A stretch of 64,000 nucleotides of DNA from IMG/VR virus record IMGVR_UViG_3300035670_000030, positions 1-64,000 of that record; one strand, written 5' to 3'. This document shows positions 63,757-64,000 of this stretch, piece by piece; position 1 is the stretch's first letter; the number at the start of each line of letters is the position of its first letter. The stretch comes from a virus. The notes below the pieces were generated by a model that was not told the origin of the DNA, did not search any database, and saw only the letters and a program-made list of their open reading frames with translations. A program made the position numbers and the translations under genes.

Positions 63757-64000
63757 TTATTTTATTGCGATTTTATTGAACGGCAGGGAATTATATATTT
63801 TATATCCGTGAGATTCTAATTTTCTTTCCAATGCTTCTCCAATTGGTCCAAAATTATGAGTTCCGTCTGAATGAATATATTCATATTCTATAAAAGAAAT
63901 ATTAAATCTATTTAAATCCAAAGAATTTAAAATTTTACAATCTAATCCTTCAGTATCAATATACAATCTATCAAGATTAAATATCTGGTGTTTTTCTAAA
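63757..64000 (-). CDS. FkbM-family methyltransferase (5' part outside window)
   Basis: LYIDTEGLD..IL, IEYEY.H. Confidence 0.75.
   Translation of the reverse strand, partial: LEKHQIFNLDRLYIDTEGLDCKILNSLDLNRFNISFIEYEYIHSDGTHNFGPIGEALERKLESHGYKIYNSLPFNKIAIK

Noticed and set aside
1-64000. Stop-codon reassignment
   Set aside because: Conserved genes are full length in the standard code, TAA/TAG/TGA all terminate genes, and no suppressor tRNA is present

Overview
The window is a 64 kb segment of a very AT-rich, gene-dense large ('huge/jumbo'-type) dsDNA bacteriophage genome. It reads in the standard genetic code. No rRNA, CRISPR array, integrase, terminase or major capsid gene is visible. Most genes lie on the minus strand behind sigma70-type promoters (TTGAC-17-TAnnnT), often with the ATG only 5-9 nt after the -10 box. 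These include many small accessory genes, nucleotide metabolism genes (GMP reductase, ThyX, dCMP deaminase, dNMP kinase), a MoxR-AAA/VWA pair and a replication block (DnaB, primase, Cas4/RecB-like nuclease, and a DnaE split into PHP, DEDDh exonuclease and polymerase core). A second set, mostly on the plus strand, sits behind a different motif (GTGTAA) and looks virion/late-related: an LRR protein, tail-fibre/beta-propeller proteins, two paralogous metzincin proteases, a trypsin-like protease and a subtilisin. Sulfotransferase, glycosyltransferase and methyltransferase genes are scattered throughout. The RNA complement is 11 tRNAs (8 with U34), a tmRNA with an unusually long 34-aa tag, and a ~340-nt highly structured non-coding region behind a promoter and a boxA-like element. 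The best candidate for an undescribed system is the 30.0-32.7 kb RNA island: the unknown structured RNA, a long-variable-arm tRNA(UAU), an initiator-like tRNA, the long-tag tmRNA and divergent boxA promoters. Two protein motifs hint at a Verrucomicrobia/PVC host (inference). All family assignments are motif recognition by eye; no database searches were run.
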